From Scyliorhinus canicula (lineage: Eukaryota), in contig NC_052158.1 in NCBI RefSeq assembly GCF_902713615.1, positions 49,515,531 to 49,579,530 of the forward strand: DNA of 64,000 bases. The letters are read 5' to 3'. Shown piece by piece: positions 1-11,715 of the stretch; position 1 is the stretch's first letter; each line of letters opens with the position of its first letter. Both the position numbers and the translations under genes were made by a program. Under the pieces are notes generated by a model. It made no database searches and was not told the origin of the DNA. It saw nothing but the letters and a program-made list of their open reading frames with translations.

Positions 1-410
1 GCCACACTTCTGAAAGCCGTGCACAGTTCAGATCAATATATTGAAAAGGACAAAGGAATTGGAGAAGGTGCAAAAAACATTAATAAGGATGATATTTAGA
101 ATCAAGAGATTATAACTATAACTATCAGAAAGGACTGAACATGATAGCACACTTTTCCCTAGAAAAGAGAAGGGTGAGGGGGGGGGGGGGGGGGGGGGTA
201 GCATAGAAATTTTTAAAACAATGAATTATAAAATTAAGAGTTTGGGAGTCAATGGAGAAACAATGTTTCCACTTGTGCAGGAGAATCCAATACTAGGGTC
301 CAGAAATATAAGATGGTCAATAATAAATCCAATGAGGAATTCCGGAGAAACATCTTTCCCAATAGAATGATTAGAATGTGCATCTTGCTCCCACAGGGAA
401 TGTTTGGGGA
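1..410 (+). mobile_element. Old CR1-type LINE 3' (RT C-terminus) remnant
   Basis: Degenerate match to the RT C-terminal and 3' sequence of other CR1 copies in the window (LEKVQ, FSLEKRR, FF.QR-like segments); interrupted by a poly-G run. Confidence 0.5.
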
Positions 411-1030
411 AAAGTGATGTATTTGGTGGGAAGCCAGTAAGTAGATCTTGGAGAAAGGAATAAAGGATCTGCTGATAGGGTGAGATAAAATAGGTCGGAA
501 GAAAGATCCTGTGGAACATAAGCACCTGTAGAATGGGAGGTGGGGGGGCGGGGGGGGGGGGGGGGGGGAAGTTTTCCACGTCGGAGCCACAGTCAGACCC
601 AGGCCTCGGGAAGTGAGTTTGGTCTGAGAGGATTCGGTATTTGTTTATCAGAGATGGGATTTTGTGGATGTAAGAGATTTTTCAGCACAAGAGATTTAAA
701 TTGATTCATGTACTGAACTGTGAAAATGTCTCTGCCCTGGTGACAAGAATTATGGCAGAATCATTCACATCTTGACCTTTCATTGCTGCCCCTTTCAGTC
801 TGGTGTTGTACAGCAGCTCTCAGTCCACTCAGCTTGTCTACCTCCAGCAGTTCCAGCATCTATTACTCAGAACAGTATTCATGTTCTGTCAAATGTTCAC
901 CTCTTCCTTGAGATTATTTACAATCAAATCAACCCCAGATGGTGTAATTCAGTGCCTTTTTTTGTCATTTTCTTTTCACTGCTAACAGCAAAAGGACATT
1001 TTCTGGAAGAAGAGGATGCCTCTTCTGAGA

Positions 1031-1218
1031 TGGTTAGGTGGATTGGCCATGCTAAATTGCCCGTAGTGTCCTAATAAAAGTAAGGTTAGGGGGGGGGGGG
1101 AGGGTTGTTGGGTTACGGGTATAGGGTGGATACGTGGGTTTGAGTAGGGTGATCATGGCTCGGCACAACATTGAGGGCCGAAGGGCCTGTTCTGTGCTGT
1201 ACTGTTCGATGTTCTATG
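1031..1218 (+). mobile_element. HE1-type V-SINE, 5'-truncated
   Basis: ggttaggtggattggccatgctaaattgccc...ctgttctgtgctgtactgttc; near-identical to the 3' half of full copies at 26045, 38492 and 62391. Confidence 0.85.
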
Positions 1219-1373
1219 GAACTTACCACCTCTATAGGTATTTAGTTGTTTCTCTTCCCACACCCAGTGGTGCCGAAGGAAGACATTCATCTGTCCCAAA
1301 GCAATGTTTTTCCTGGAACTACCCTGTCACCAGAGGCTTATAGCTTTGACCTCTGGGAAAGAACAAAGAAGAA

Positions 1374-1663
1374 CATTCGGCCCATCGAGTCTGCATCGAC
1401 CCACTTAAGCTCTCACTTCCACCCTATCCCCGTAACCCAATAACCCCTCTTAACCTTTTTGGACACTGAGCGCAATTTAGCATGGCCAATTCACCTAACC
1501 TGCACGTCTTGGGACTGTGGGAGGAAACCGGAGCACCCGGAGGAAACCCACAGACACGGGGAGAACGTGCAAACTCCACCGACAGTGACCCAGCGGTGAA
1601 TCGAACCTGGGACACTGGCGCTGTGAAGCAACAGTGCTATCCACTTGTGCTACCGTGCTGCCC
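1374..1663 (-). mobile_element. HE1-type V-SINE
   Basis: Reverse strand reads GGGCAGCACGGTAGCAC...GGTTCGATTC (tRNA-like A/B boxes) plus V-domain GGGTTTCCTCCGGGTGCTCCGGTTTCCTCCC. Confidence 0.85.
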
Positions 1664-1999
1664 TAGCTTGAAGGGCACCACTCCGCACTAAGCATATCTG
1701 ACCAGGAGTCTCTCCCACTCTTACCGCCAGCCATTGGTGTGTTGGAAGTATTTTTCAGTTTGCTAATCAACCTGTTTGGCCCTATTATGAATGCACCTTC
1801 CTTGGCCATCAAATCGTGGAGTGAAGTTTGAACCCTGGGTTTCTGTCTCAGAGGCAGGGACGCTACCCACTGCACCACAAGAACACCTCAATCGGTGCTT
1901 CCTAGGATGGACCTGTCCTTAATGACTTTACAATGCCCCAGAGACCACGTACGTGAGGTGCTTCTCCCTTCCCCTGTTTCATTTATAATATTTTTAAAA

Positions 2000-2208
2000 G
2001 AATTTAGAGTGCCAGTTCTTTTTTTCCAATTCAGGGGCAATTTTAGCATGGCCAATCCACCTACCATGCACATCCTTTGGGTTGTGGGGGGAGACCCACG
2101 CAAACACAGGGAGAATGTGGAAACTCCACATGGACAGTGGCTCGGATCAAACCCGGGTCCTCGAAGCCGTGAGGCAGCAGTGCTAAGCACTGAGCCATTG
2201 TGCTGCCT
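2000..2208 (-). mobile_element. Older HE1-related SINE
   Basis: tRNA-like head ggcagcacaatggctcagtgcttagcac and tail ccccttaattggaaaaa shared with several other copies. Confidence 0.75.
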
Positions 2209-2214
2209 TCCCGT

Positions 2215-3549
2215 TTCATTCTGAAAGTAGTAAATGACAAATGGGTAGTGGGGGAAAGGCCTGTATGGGAGCAGATGGAGGCAGCCTCATGTAAGGATAT
2301 GATTTTGGGGGCACTGTTAACTGCCTCTGCCATTCTCGCCGGCCAGGTACTCCACAAGCCCGGTAGTGGCGGCAGCCCTGAGGGTGTGGGGCTAGTGGCG
2401 GCAGCACGTGGGAGGAGGAGGCTTCGGTTTGGGCACCAATATGTGGCAAACACCGGTTTGTTCCGAGGGTGCTGGATGCGTGGTTTCAGGGATGGCAGCT
2501 GGGAGAGGGGGAGGATTGAGCGGTTTGGGGATTTGTTTATCAACGGTGGCTTTCCGTGCTTAGAAGAACTGGAGGAGAAAGTTGAGCTGCCAGGTGGAAA
2601 CAAGCTCCGTTATTTACAGGCGAGGGACTTCGTGCAACGGCACGGATTGACCTTTCAGCACCTGTTGCCCCAGGGGCTACACGATAAGGTGGTGTCAAAC
2701 ACGGGAGTAGGGGAGGGGAAGGTATCGGAAATTGATAAGGAGCTGATAGACTGGGGGAGGCCCGATGGGGCAGGTGAAGCGGATGTGGGAGGAAGAGTTG
2801 AGTCGGGAGCTGGAGGCAGAGTTGTGGGAGGATTCCCTGAGGAGAGTTAATGCATCCCCGTCGTGTGTCAGGCTTATACAATCTCCTTATACAATTTAAT
2901 CCCCTTATACAATTTAAGATGATCCACAGGGCACAGATGACTTTCCCGGATGAGCAGGTTTTTTGAAGGGGTGGAGGATATGTGTGGGCGGTGTGTGGGA
3001 GGGCTGGCCATATGTTTTGGGCTTGTTCGAAGCTTGGGGGAATTCTGGCAGGGTTTGTTGACGTTATGTCGGAGGTTCTGAAAGTAAGGGTGGTCCCAAA
3101 TCCAGAGGTGACAATTTTTGGTATGTTGGAAGACCCAGGATTCCAAGGGGGCGAGAGAAACCGAAGTCTTGGCCTTTGCCTCCCTGGTTGCCTGGAGATG
3201 GCCCTTGCTAGAATGGAGGGACTCGGACCTCCCAAAGCCGAGGGTGTGGGTGACTGCATGGTGGAATTTCTGAGGCTTGGGAAAATGAAGTTCGCCCTGA
3301 GGGGCTCGATGGAAGAGTTTGCTCGGACATGGCAGCCGTTTATCGCCTTCTTTGGGAAAAATTAAGTTGTCAGCAAGAGTGGGAGGGAGGGTTAAAAAAA
3401 AGGGGAGGCGGACAAGGTGGGGACGGGTTGGCAGGGAATTTTTGTTGGGGTGTTAGTTATGTAAAGCCATGTTGGCTGGTTTGGAGGTGTGTTGTCCACT
3501 GTTTTAAAATTTATAATATAAATGCCTCAATAAAATATTTTTCAAAAAA
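2215..3549 (+). mobile_element. L1-clade LINE, 5'-truncated ORF2 C-terminus
   Basis: Peptides (WEQMEAASC, HMFWAC, KFALRGS..F..TWQPF) homologous to the ORF2 end of the full-length element at 43011; ends with AATAAA and an A-rich tail. Confidence 0.85.
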
Positions 3550-3630
3550 TTACGCACCATCAAATCATTACAAATAAACTAAAATGAATATATTTATTAA
3601 CAAGATTTTGGACAGCATAAGAGTTCTTAC

Positions 3631-4699
3631 TGTTTATTTCTTTTGTTCCGTTTACTTTTATTTTAGGTCAGTGGACCCATAATCGGGATGAGTCTTTAAG
3701 CAGATGACTCAGTTCAACCAGTCTGCTTGTCAGAATATTGTGTTCCCAGGTTTTGTTTTTGGAGAGCAGAGGCAGACTCCTTGGCACGGGGTGATTCTTA
3801 GGAACCTGTTTTGGAGGAAGTTGGTTCGAATGCTTAAGTGGCACCGGTGGGTTGGCCAGGGACAGTGTTCTGTCTGACAACGATCAGTGATTGGTTCCTG
3901 TGTGATGCTTTCTGAGAGAACTGGTGAGAGGTATTTAGACCTTGGAAATGAAAGGAATGCTGTCTCTCTCCTACTGCTGAAATGAAAGAACTGCTCTATT
4001 GTTCTCAAGCCACTGAGTGCCTGGCACATCTTTGCTGTGAACTTGAAATGATGCAGAGTCTGCAGAGAAGGTAGACAACTTTGCCAGAAAAGTACCAAAA
4101 CAAAAGCTGTACTGACTAGAATTCATCCCAGCGAATCAAAATGTTTCATCCCTTTATTTTATTAATATTGTATTTATGTTTCCACCACAGATTTCCCCTC
4201 TGTTGTTTGTCTGTGCTTGTGTGTGGAGAGTGGGGGTAGTTGGGAAGGGGGAGTTTTGGAAAGGGATATTCGATAGTTAGTTACATTTTCTATCTTTTTA
4301 ATTATAAAAGGTTACTTGTGTGAAAGGTACAAACCTGGTGACTAGTTTGTTGGGTTCAGCCAAGAACATAGAACATAGAACAGTACAGCACAGAACAGGC
4401 CCTTCGGCCCTCGATGTTGTGCCGAACAATGATCACCCTACTTAAACCCACGTAACCCGTATACCCATAACCCAACAATCCCCCTATTAACCTTACACTA
4501 TGGGCAATTTAGCATGGCCAATCCACCTAACCCGCACATCTTTGGACTGTGGGAGGAAACCGGAGCACCCGGAGGAAACCCACGCACACACGGGGAGGAC
4601 CTCGGGTATTTTAAATAAAATCAAATTTTACCTGTGTTGCGCCTCCAGATGAAGTGAGGCTGGAATTGAGCCTGCACTACCCAGAGTGTGCTGATAACA
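3631..4699. mobile_element. Probable solo LTR with an HE1 insertion (4364-4600, minus)
   Basis: Non-coding ~700 bp ending ...GATAACA, LTR-like composition; no TSD verified. Confidence 0.35.
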
Positions 4700-4794
4700 G
4701 AAGCATAAAAAACACTGCCAGAAATTAATGGGACTAAAAAAACATTGCAGAGTATTTACAACACAGGATTAGGAAGATGGTGTATGTGTGTAAT

Positions 4795-4904
4795 AGAACA
4801 TAGGACATTACAGCGCAGTACAGGCCCTTCGACCCACGATGTTGTACCGTCCTGTGAAACCCTTCTAAAGTCCCTCTACACTATTCCCTTATCGTCCATA
4901 TGCC
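4795..4904 (-). mobile_element. CR1/HER1 LINE 3' end (left part, split by ERV)
   Basis: Joined to 13463 onward, it restores the reading frame ...AFKWSLDRHMDDKGIV-stop, followed by the TTCTATG-like tail. Confidence 0.85.
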
Positions 4905-5480
4905 TGTGGTATTGTGTGAAGCAAATAATGGCATGATGGGAAAACTAGTCAAGTCTTCTTGGTACAATTGAATTTAAACCTAAGGCACAGATACAAACAG
5001 CCGAGGTCAACCAAGAACTGGCTGACTCTAACACTCAGATAAGACGCGTTCGTCATGAGACCAGAGGAGTCTAAATATATACGATAAGCTAAAAAACTGT
5101 CTCTGCCTGTATGTAAACAAGTTTGTCCAGTTCTTAAAACAAAGACAAGATAATGATATGAAACTCAAGTCCCCTAAAGGTCCGCAAGGTGACGCCATTG
5201 TAACGATTATTACTTATGTTTTACTTTCGATCAAATTCCTGACCAAGCTGTATTCATGTTATCTTGATCCTATAATGTATAAGAATCGCCTTCTTTTCTG
5301 TACTATCGCAGACTTGGGACGGACTCCGCAGTTTGTAATTGACTGCCTTCCGATCCAAGTATCAGCCATTTTCTGCTAGCAGTTCTAATTAGTGAATAAA
5401 GTTCAGTTTTGCTTATCTAATGAATGCTGTTTGAATTTCTCTATCACAGTCAAGACGCGGGGAAAATATAAAATACAACA
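4905..5480 (+). repeat. 5' LTR (576 bp)
   Basis: TGTGGTATT...AATACAACA imperfect terminal inverted repeat; TATA-like sequence at ~5271-5284, AATAAA at 5395; direct repeat of 12887-13462. Confidence 0.97.
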
Positions 5481-5482
5481 TT

Positions 5483-5494
5483 TGGCGCTGCGAG
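5483..5494 (+). promoter_or_regulatory. Primer binding site, tRNA-Ser-like
   Basis: CA-TT-TGGCGCTGCGAG immediately after the LTR; one mismatch from the complement of vertebrate tRNA-Ser(CGA/UGA) 3' ends over 12 nt. Confidence 0.65.
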
Positions 5495-5585
5495 AAAAAA
5501 TCCAATATCCTGAAGTGAGCTTCCATGAGGGACTGAGAAAAAATGATCAAAGCCATGACCGGAGTAAAGAGACGGACGCCGGCAC

Positions 5586-5594
5586 AAGGTAAGA
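5586..5594 (+). promoter_or_regulatory. Candidate retroviral major splice donor
   Basis: AAG/GTAAGA consensus in the leader; a matching acceptor TTTCTTCTCACAG/ lies at 11470, upstream of env. Confidence 0.55.
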
Positions 5595-5723
5595 TTGACC
5601 TTGGTCTCTCTCTCTCTCGGATCTGTGCTGCGACCCCTCATCCCTGACGGAAGTAACTAAACAGGTGACGGTTCTCGAATCTAAATTTGACTGTGAGTAC
5701 ATTTTTTTTGTGTAATTAGCCGG

Positions 5724-5976
5724 AGGTCAGGGACCTTGTTGATCTCGTTTTTCATCCGCATCAGATTTATACAGGCTGTCAATAAATTTGGGTCCGGGAC
5801 CCTTTGATTAAGTTTTGGGGTCAGGGACCCTCTCAGTAATTTTTTGGGGTCAGGGACCCTGTCAATAATTTTTTGGGGTCAGGGACCCTCTCAGTAATTT
5901 TTTGGGGTCAGGGACCCTGTCAATAAGTTTTCTGGTCAGGGACCCTGTCAGTAATTTTTTGGGGTCAAGGACCCTC
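5724..5976 (+). repeat. Tandem 29-bp hairpin repeats in the ERV leader
   Basis: Eight GGGTC-AGG-GACCC-type inverted repeats, six at ~29-bp period. Confidence 0.9.
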
Positions 5977-6039
5977 CAATTTGATTTGGTACCAGAAATT
6001 TTGTTTGAGCGTTTTTTTTGCCTGTGGCACATTTTACTG

Positions 6040-8000
6040 ACATTATGCGACAAACTTTAGACAAAACTAGCGGCAACTCCCCTCTATTTTTCATGTGTTT
6101 AGAAACCTCTTCTCAAGAACGTAATATTCGAAGATTGGCTGCAGCGCTGCTTTAAACAATAAATTAGGTAACAATATCTGGCCACTGGGTTACACAGGGA
6201 TTTTGGAACTTTGACAATAGCATTGATGCAGGAAAAAAAAGCAATCTGGAAAAAAAAAATGCCGGTTTCAAATTGTTTAATTTTACAGTGGAAAAAAAAA
6301 CAGTTCACTTAACGCAACGAACAATCACAATGAGTTGGAGAGATAAAGCCCGCAAAAGAGATATTAATGAGTGTGTGAACGGTAAAGCGAAAAATTGGGA
6401 GACTTTAAAATTGTAATGTGAGCTTTGGTATGGAAAACAGTCAAAATGATAAAAAGCAATTCGGCAATAAGAAACCTCCTCTCACCAGACAGATAGGGCT
6501 AGCTCGTAAGATTATAGGAAAGGAGGATCCTCCCAGTTGCTCTGGCATGCCGATGTTCCCATATTCAAGCGATACGGAAGACAAGGAGAATTTGAACCCT
6601 GGACCCCACCCTCATTTTGCGCTCCCCGATTTTACAATTCCACTTTCCTAAGTCCTGACTCCCACTTCTGATCCCATTACCAATGAAACTCCTGCTAACG
6701 TATCCCCCTTAGCGACACGCACTCGGTCACAGACGCAAGCTGTAAATATCGAACAACCCTTCTCTACGGAAAACATGATAATTGACTAAAAGGTATTGAT
6801 TAAAAGATCCACAATAAGGAAATTATAGAAGTGAAGTTAATAAGTTATCAATTTAGAAGCATGCTGGCAATAATGACTAAAGTTTAACATTGCTTTTGAA
6901 TGAAATTTAGTAGATCAGATGATGTTAACTAACTACTGCTTGGAATGTTGTACTGGCCTTATTATGATAACAAGTGGTTCTTCTGAAGGAGAACAAAATG
7001 TGTACTCGAATTGTTTTAAAACTAATGGCAAAACATTCATATTTCCTCTTGCAAATGTTCCCAAAGTTGTTCAGTTCACACTATATCAGTTTAAAAGAAA
7101 GTAACTTTACGAATAAGAGTAATTGAAATATGAATAAGTTTTTAGATTGCGTGAAAAGACGTAAATGGCATCACGCCAAGTTCTCCGCCCCTTAGATTCT
7201 GCAGGAAACATTAACCATTTCAACAGACAGTTGGTCTTTTTTGAATTGACAAAAAAATAATACTTCTCAGAGAACAGCTAATGCCTCTAAAATTAATCAG
7301 TGCAAATTGACTTAAATTGAATAACACAGATAAAGTTTTCGAAAGAGAATGAAAAATTTTTGTTCAAAATTTGTCCGCAAGGACAAGGGCTGAATCCAAG
7401 AAAGAGAAAGAGAGACAGCGGAAGAGATTGAAGGAGAGAGAGAGAGCCAGCGACAAGAGACAGGAACTGTTAGAGAGAGCGAAAGAGAGCGAGTCAGGGA
7501 GAGGCAGAGATGGAGTGGTAGGCAGATAAAGAGAAAGAGCAACAAGAGTTCCAAAGACAGACAGAGTTATGTAGAGAGGGAGAGAGATAGATAAGAGAGA
7601 GAGGGAAAGAATTCATATTTCATTTTTCAGACTTTGACTTTAAAAATTATGTTTCAAGCTGTGATGATTTGAAAGAGGTAAAGAGATATCGATGCCAACA
7701 TGGTCCTTGTTATTACTTGAAACCTTCGCGATAAAAGGTTCCCGTTAACTTTGTAAGGCGGGTGGCATAGAATCTTTACGGTGTCACCTTCGAGCTGTTA
7801 ATTGGTTTGTACGGAGCGCGATTACTCCGTGATTTAAATTATAATCTCCTGCAGATGCGGATAACTCTGCTTAATAACACATAAACAGGGCAAAAAGCGT
7901 GCGGACCCTGACATAAAACATCACACACGTAATTTCCTTAATCAATTGTTAAAATTGTAATCGGAAGGACCATCTGGCATCAGACAAAGTGTGCAATGGG
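6040..8000 (+). pseudogene. gag: Heavily decayed gag
   Basis: No long ORF; remnants: MA-like NSPLFFMC...WPLG (~6075-6190), VSPLATRTRSQT (~6700), zinc knuckle C*NCNRKDHLASD (7947). Confidence 0.6.
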
Positions 8001-8299
8001 TAAAACTTTAGATACAACTTTTTAAAATGGCAGCGTACTGCAAACGCTGGGTGAACAACTAAAGACCTATCAACAGTAATAGAAGCTCAACAAGTGATTT
8101 AGGAAAATAATAGGGGGTCAACTGCTAAAAAGTTAGTTGCTCTATGGAGGGAATATTGTCCAAAATTGAAGGATGCCTCCTTGTTAGCCAGCTGGCAGGA
8201 TAAAGAATTAAAATTGGGTATGGAATTGACAGGTCTTGAAAACGGAATGCGCATATGGAAAAGAACCAAGTTAGGCTATCCACCTTGATTAGAAAGTTG

Positions 8300-11200
8300 C
8301 TGATTAGACACTGCAAATTCGGAGCGGTAATACAGTGCATTGATAATGGTATGTTTATAGAACTGTCTCAAATACGAGGTCACCAGCTGCAGAATTTAAT
8401 AACTTCTGTGCCTGCGCCTGATTGCTCTGTGTTCTATGCTGGCAGCTAACGTTAACCCTGAGTACCACTGTTTAAAACACCCGATATAGTCCAGATGAGA
8501 GAATATAGTGACCCAAGCCTTGATAACGGCATTACTATATCACCTATCCCGCAGGCCCATCTTCGAAATTTACCCCTATTCACTACTCCACAGTGGTGGT
8601 CGATTGATTTTGATCCCTCACACTTTTCACCTCCCTTAGATATTCCCAATCCACATGTCACTCTTTGCTACGATCATACAGTAACCTCGCCCGATTTGGA
8701 GAGCATTTACCAAGACAAAAAAAGGGTCTGCCTTTCTTGTCGATTTACCCCACAGCCTATGGCATCAGTCGAGACTTGTATCACCCCACGTGACCCTTTC
8801 TGTCAACGAAGGCTACAGTGCCAAGTCCTTGGGATTTCTGGCAGCTGCACTAAGAGGACAAGCTGATCCTTTCCTTAATGATAGTCAAACCCTACCCGCA
8901 GGCACTTTAGAATATTTTAAACGCCCATTTGTCCACATTGGCACACTGCACCATCATCATTCAACCCAATCTACGACTCCTGAACTACCCACAGATTTAT
9001 GGGCAGCCTCCAAACACGAAGTTGGTCTCACTAATGTCCCTCCTGTTGTTATTAGAGTCAAACCTGATATGCCCTTGCCCTCTATTTCACAGTACCCTTT
9101 GCGGCCCGAGGCTGAAGAAGGAGTCTCGGTCATGATTCATTCGTTCCTTCAACAGGAAATTCTGATACCGTGCCAATCGCCCTGTAACACCCCGATTCTT
9201 CCACTTCTTAAGATAGGAAGACCATCCGAATGGCGTTTAGTCCAAGACCTCCGGCTTATTAATCAGATAGTTGAACCCTTACATCCTATTGTCCCAAATC
9301 CAGCGACAATCCTTAGCAATGTCCCACCGGAAGCGACTATTTTTACCCTTGTTGATTTGCAACATGCCTTTTTTGCGATACCCCTCGCCCCTGAATCACA
9401 GTATTTGTTTGCCTTTACATTTAAGGGGACACAATACACTTGGACTAGACTCCCACAGGGCTTCATTCATTCTCCAACCCTTTTCTCACAGGCATTGCAC
9501 TCCCAGTTAGCGACATTAGCACCTCCTGGTGGCTCCACCATCATTCAATATGTTGATGACTTACTCCTTGCCAGCCCTGATTTCATCGCTAAAGAATTAA
9601 CTCCGTACTCCTCTCAAAATGCTCCTCTTAAGTTTGAACTACCTGATTCAGCAAAGCAATCTTTTATTACCCTGAAAAATGCCCTGGCTACCGCCCCAGC
9701 ACACAACCTATGTATGACAGACCTTTTCACCCAAATTCTTACTGCTGTCCATTTGTTAGTCCAGGCAGCCTCTAATCTAACCCTTCACCAGCAAGTACAA
9801 GTGCATACTTCACATTCTATCGTGGCTCTCCTAACGTCTCAACAAACCCAGCATCTGACTCAAGCGCGATTGAGCCGCTATGAGATTTCACTATTGCAAA
9901 ACCCCTACCTCTCTTTTCATTATTGTTCAACCTTAAATCCTGCCGTGTTCCTCGAATAGCCCCCCGATAACCTTAACCACCACACGATTGTTTACTTCGG
10001 AATCACTTCCTTACTGCACCTCGCCCGGATTTAACAGACAGGCCTATTGATAATCCATATCTAATTTTTTGTGTTGATGGCAGTTCTTCCATTTCCCCAT
10101 TTGGTGTCCCACAGTCGGGATATGCCGTGGTAACAGACACTGACGTGCAACAAGCAGCAGCCTTCCAGACCCCTGTCTCTGCACAACAAGCCGAGCTATT
10201 CGCCCTTACTCAAGCATGTATTTTGGCCACAGACAAAAGTACTAATGTTTACACTGATTCTAGATATGCCTTTGGCGTGACCCATGATTTCGGCCGCCCC
10301 TGGCAACAGCGAGGTTTTCTCACCTCTGTGGGAACTCCCATTCAAAATGCACTTTGGGTTAAAAATCTCCTCGATGCTATTCAGCTTCCCCGTCAATTGG
10401 CAGTTATTAAATGCATTGCGCACACGAAGGGTGACACTCCTGTTCAATTAGGAAATACCCGTGCTGATTCAGCTGCTAAAACTGCAGCTTCATCAACCTC
10501 TTTAATTGTTCCCAGTGGGCTAATCAGGCTCTAAACCAGGTACCTGCATTACGGACGAAGGGCATGCCAGAGATAGCTGAAGTTCGAAAATTTGCAGAGG
10601 GACGCCTCTGATTCTGAGTGAACACTATGGAAGTCAATGAGGTGTTCGCACTCCTTGACACGAGACCTCTGGCTGACTCCAGTTGGTCAAGTTTGTATTC
10701 TGAATTCTTTATTGCCGTTACTTGTTAATTATTTGCATTCTTGTACCCATCTTGGTAAGGAGGGAGTGGTACAGATACTCCTAAAAACTTGGTGGCACCC
10801 AGATTTGAATACAGCAGCGCAAACGCGGCTGGATCGATGCGTCATTTGCATGAAACATAATAAGGGTAAAGGTATTAAATGCCCTCCGGGACCACCCCCT
10901 TGCCAGATGATCCTTTTGCTTGTATACAGCTTGATTTTATCGAATTGCCAAAAGCACAGTGCTATAAATATTGTTTAGTAATAATTGATGTGTTTAGTAA
11001 ATGGATTGAAGCCTTCCCCACCACTAATTGTATGGCACATACAGTAGTGAAGTTGTTGTTAACGGAAGTCATGGTGAGCTCAGACAATGGACCACATTTT
11101 GTAGCTCGGTTCAATACTGAATTGTGCAAAGCACTTGTAATTAAACAGCAACTGCACTGTGCGTATCACCCGCAGGCAGCAGGAATTCTGGAAAGAGCCA

Positions 11201-11715
11201 ACGGGACTTTAAAAGAAAAATTATCTAAATTAACTGAAGAAACTGGATTAAATTGGCTAAAAGTATAACCCTTGGCACTGTTTCACATGCGAGTGACTCC
11301 CCATTCGCGGACCGGACTGTCAGCTGCAGAGATAGTCTATGGTCGGCCAATGAGGACTCCCTGGGATGCCCATGAAAAACCCCTAGAGGGAGTAGACCTC
11401 CATGTGATGGGGGAACAAATGCAGAACTATTTGAATCAATTAACACTTTCTTTGAAGTTTCTTCTCACAGGTAAAACAGATACATCTACCAGTAATGACA
11501 GGGACAGCCGTCCCTCGATATCCAGTGGTCAAACCCGGAGACCTCGTGTTGGTAGAAAAAACTGGGACAGAAAGAAACTAGGACAACGCTGGAGCGGACC
11601 CTTCCTCGTATTACTGACGACGCCAACTTCGGTCAAACTTGAAGGACGTTCAAGTTAGATACATCTATCCGATTGCAAGAAGATAGTCTCCAACCCAGAC
11701 GAGAACACAGGATGA
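8300..11715 (+). pseudogene. pol: pro-pol pseudogene: protease C-terminal remnant, 2H domain, RT, RNase H, integrase
   Basis: CKFGAVIQC; two PHVTL motifs; LVQDLR, DLQHAFF, LPQGF, YVDD; VDGSS, SAQQAEL, YTDSRY; HHCC, DFIEL, SDNGPHF, ERANGTLK; frameshifts, stops and internal deletions. Confidence 0.95.

Noticed and set aside
226-590. Poly-proline ORFs (also 44498, 61131)
   Set aside because: Produced by poly-G tracts on the opposite strand
5158-5379. 73-aa ORF duplicated at 13140-13361 as an accessory gene
   Set aside because: Identity simply reflects the LTR duplication; it spans the TATA/R region and has no recognisable motif
5790-5976. 29-bp palindromic repeats resembling a CRISPR array
   Set aside because: Head-to-tail repeats without unique spacers, no cas genes, located inside a vertebrate ERV leader
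7400-7610. GA-rich stretch as a coding ER-repeat protein or membrane ORF (7312-7554)
   Set aside because: Low-complexity sequence within decayed gag; no sustained plus-strand ORF
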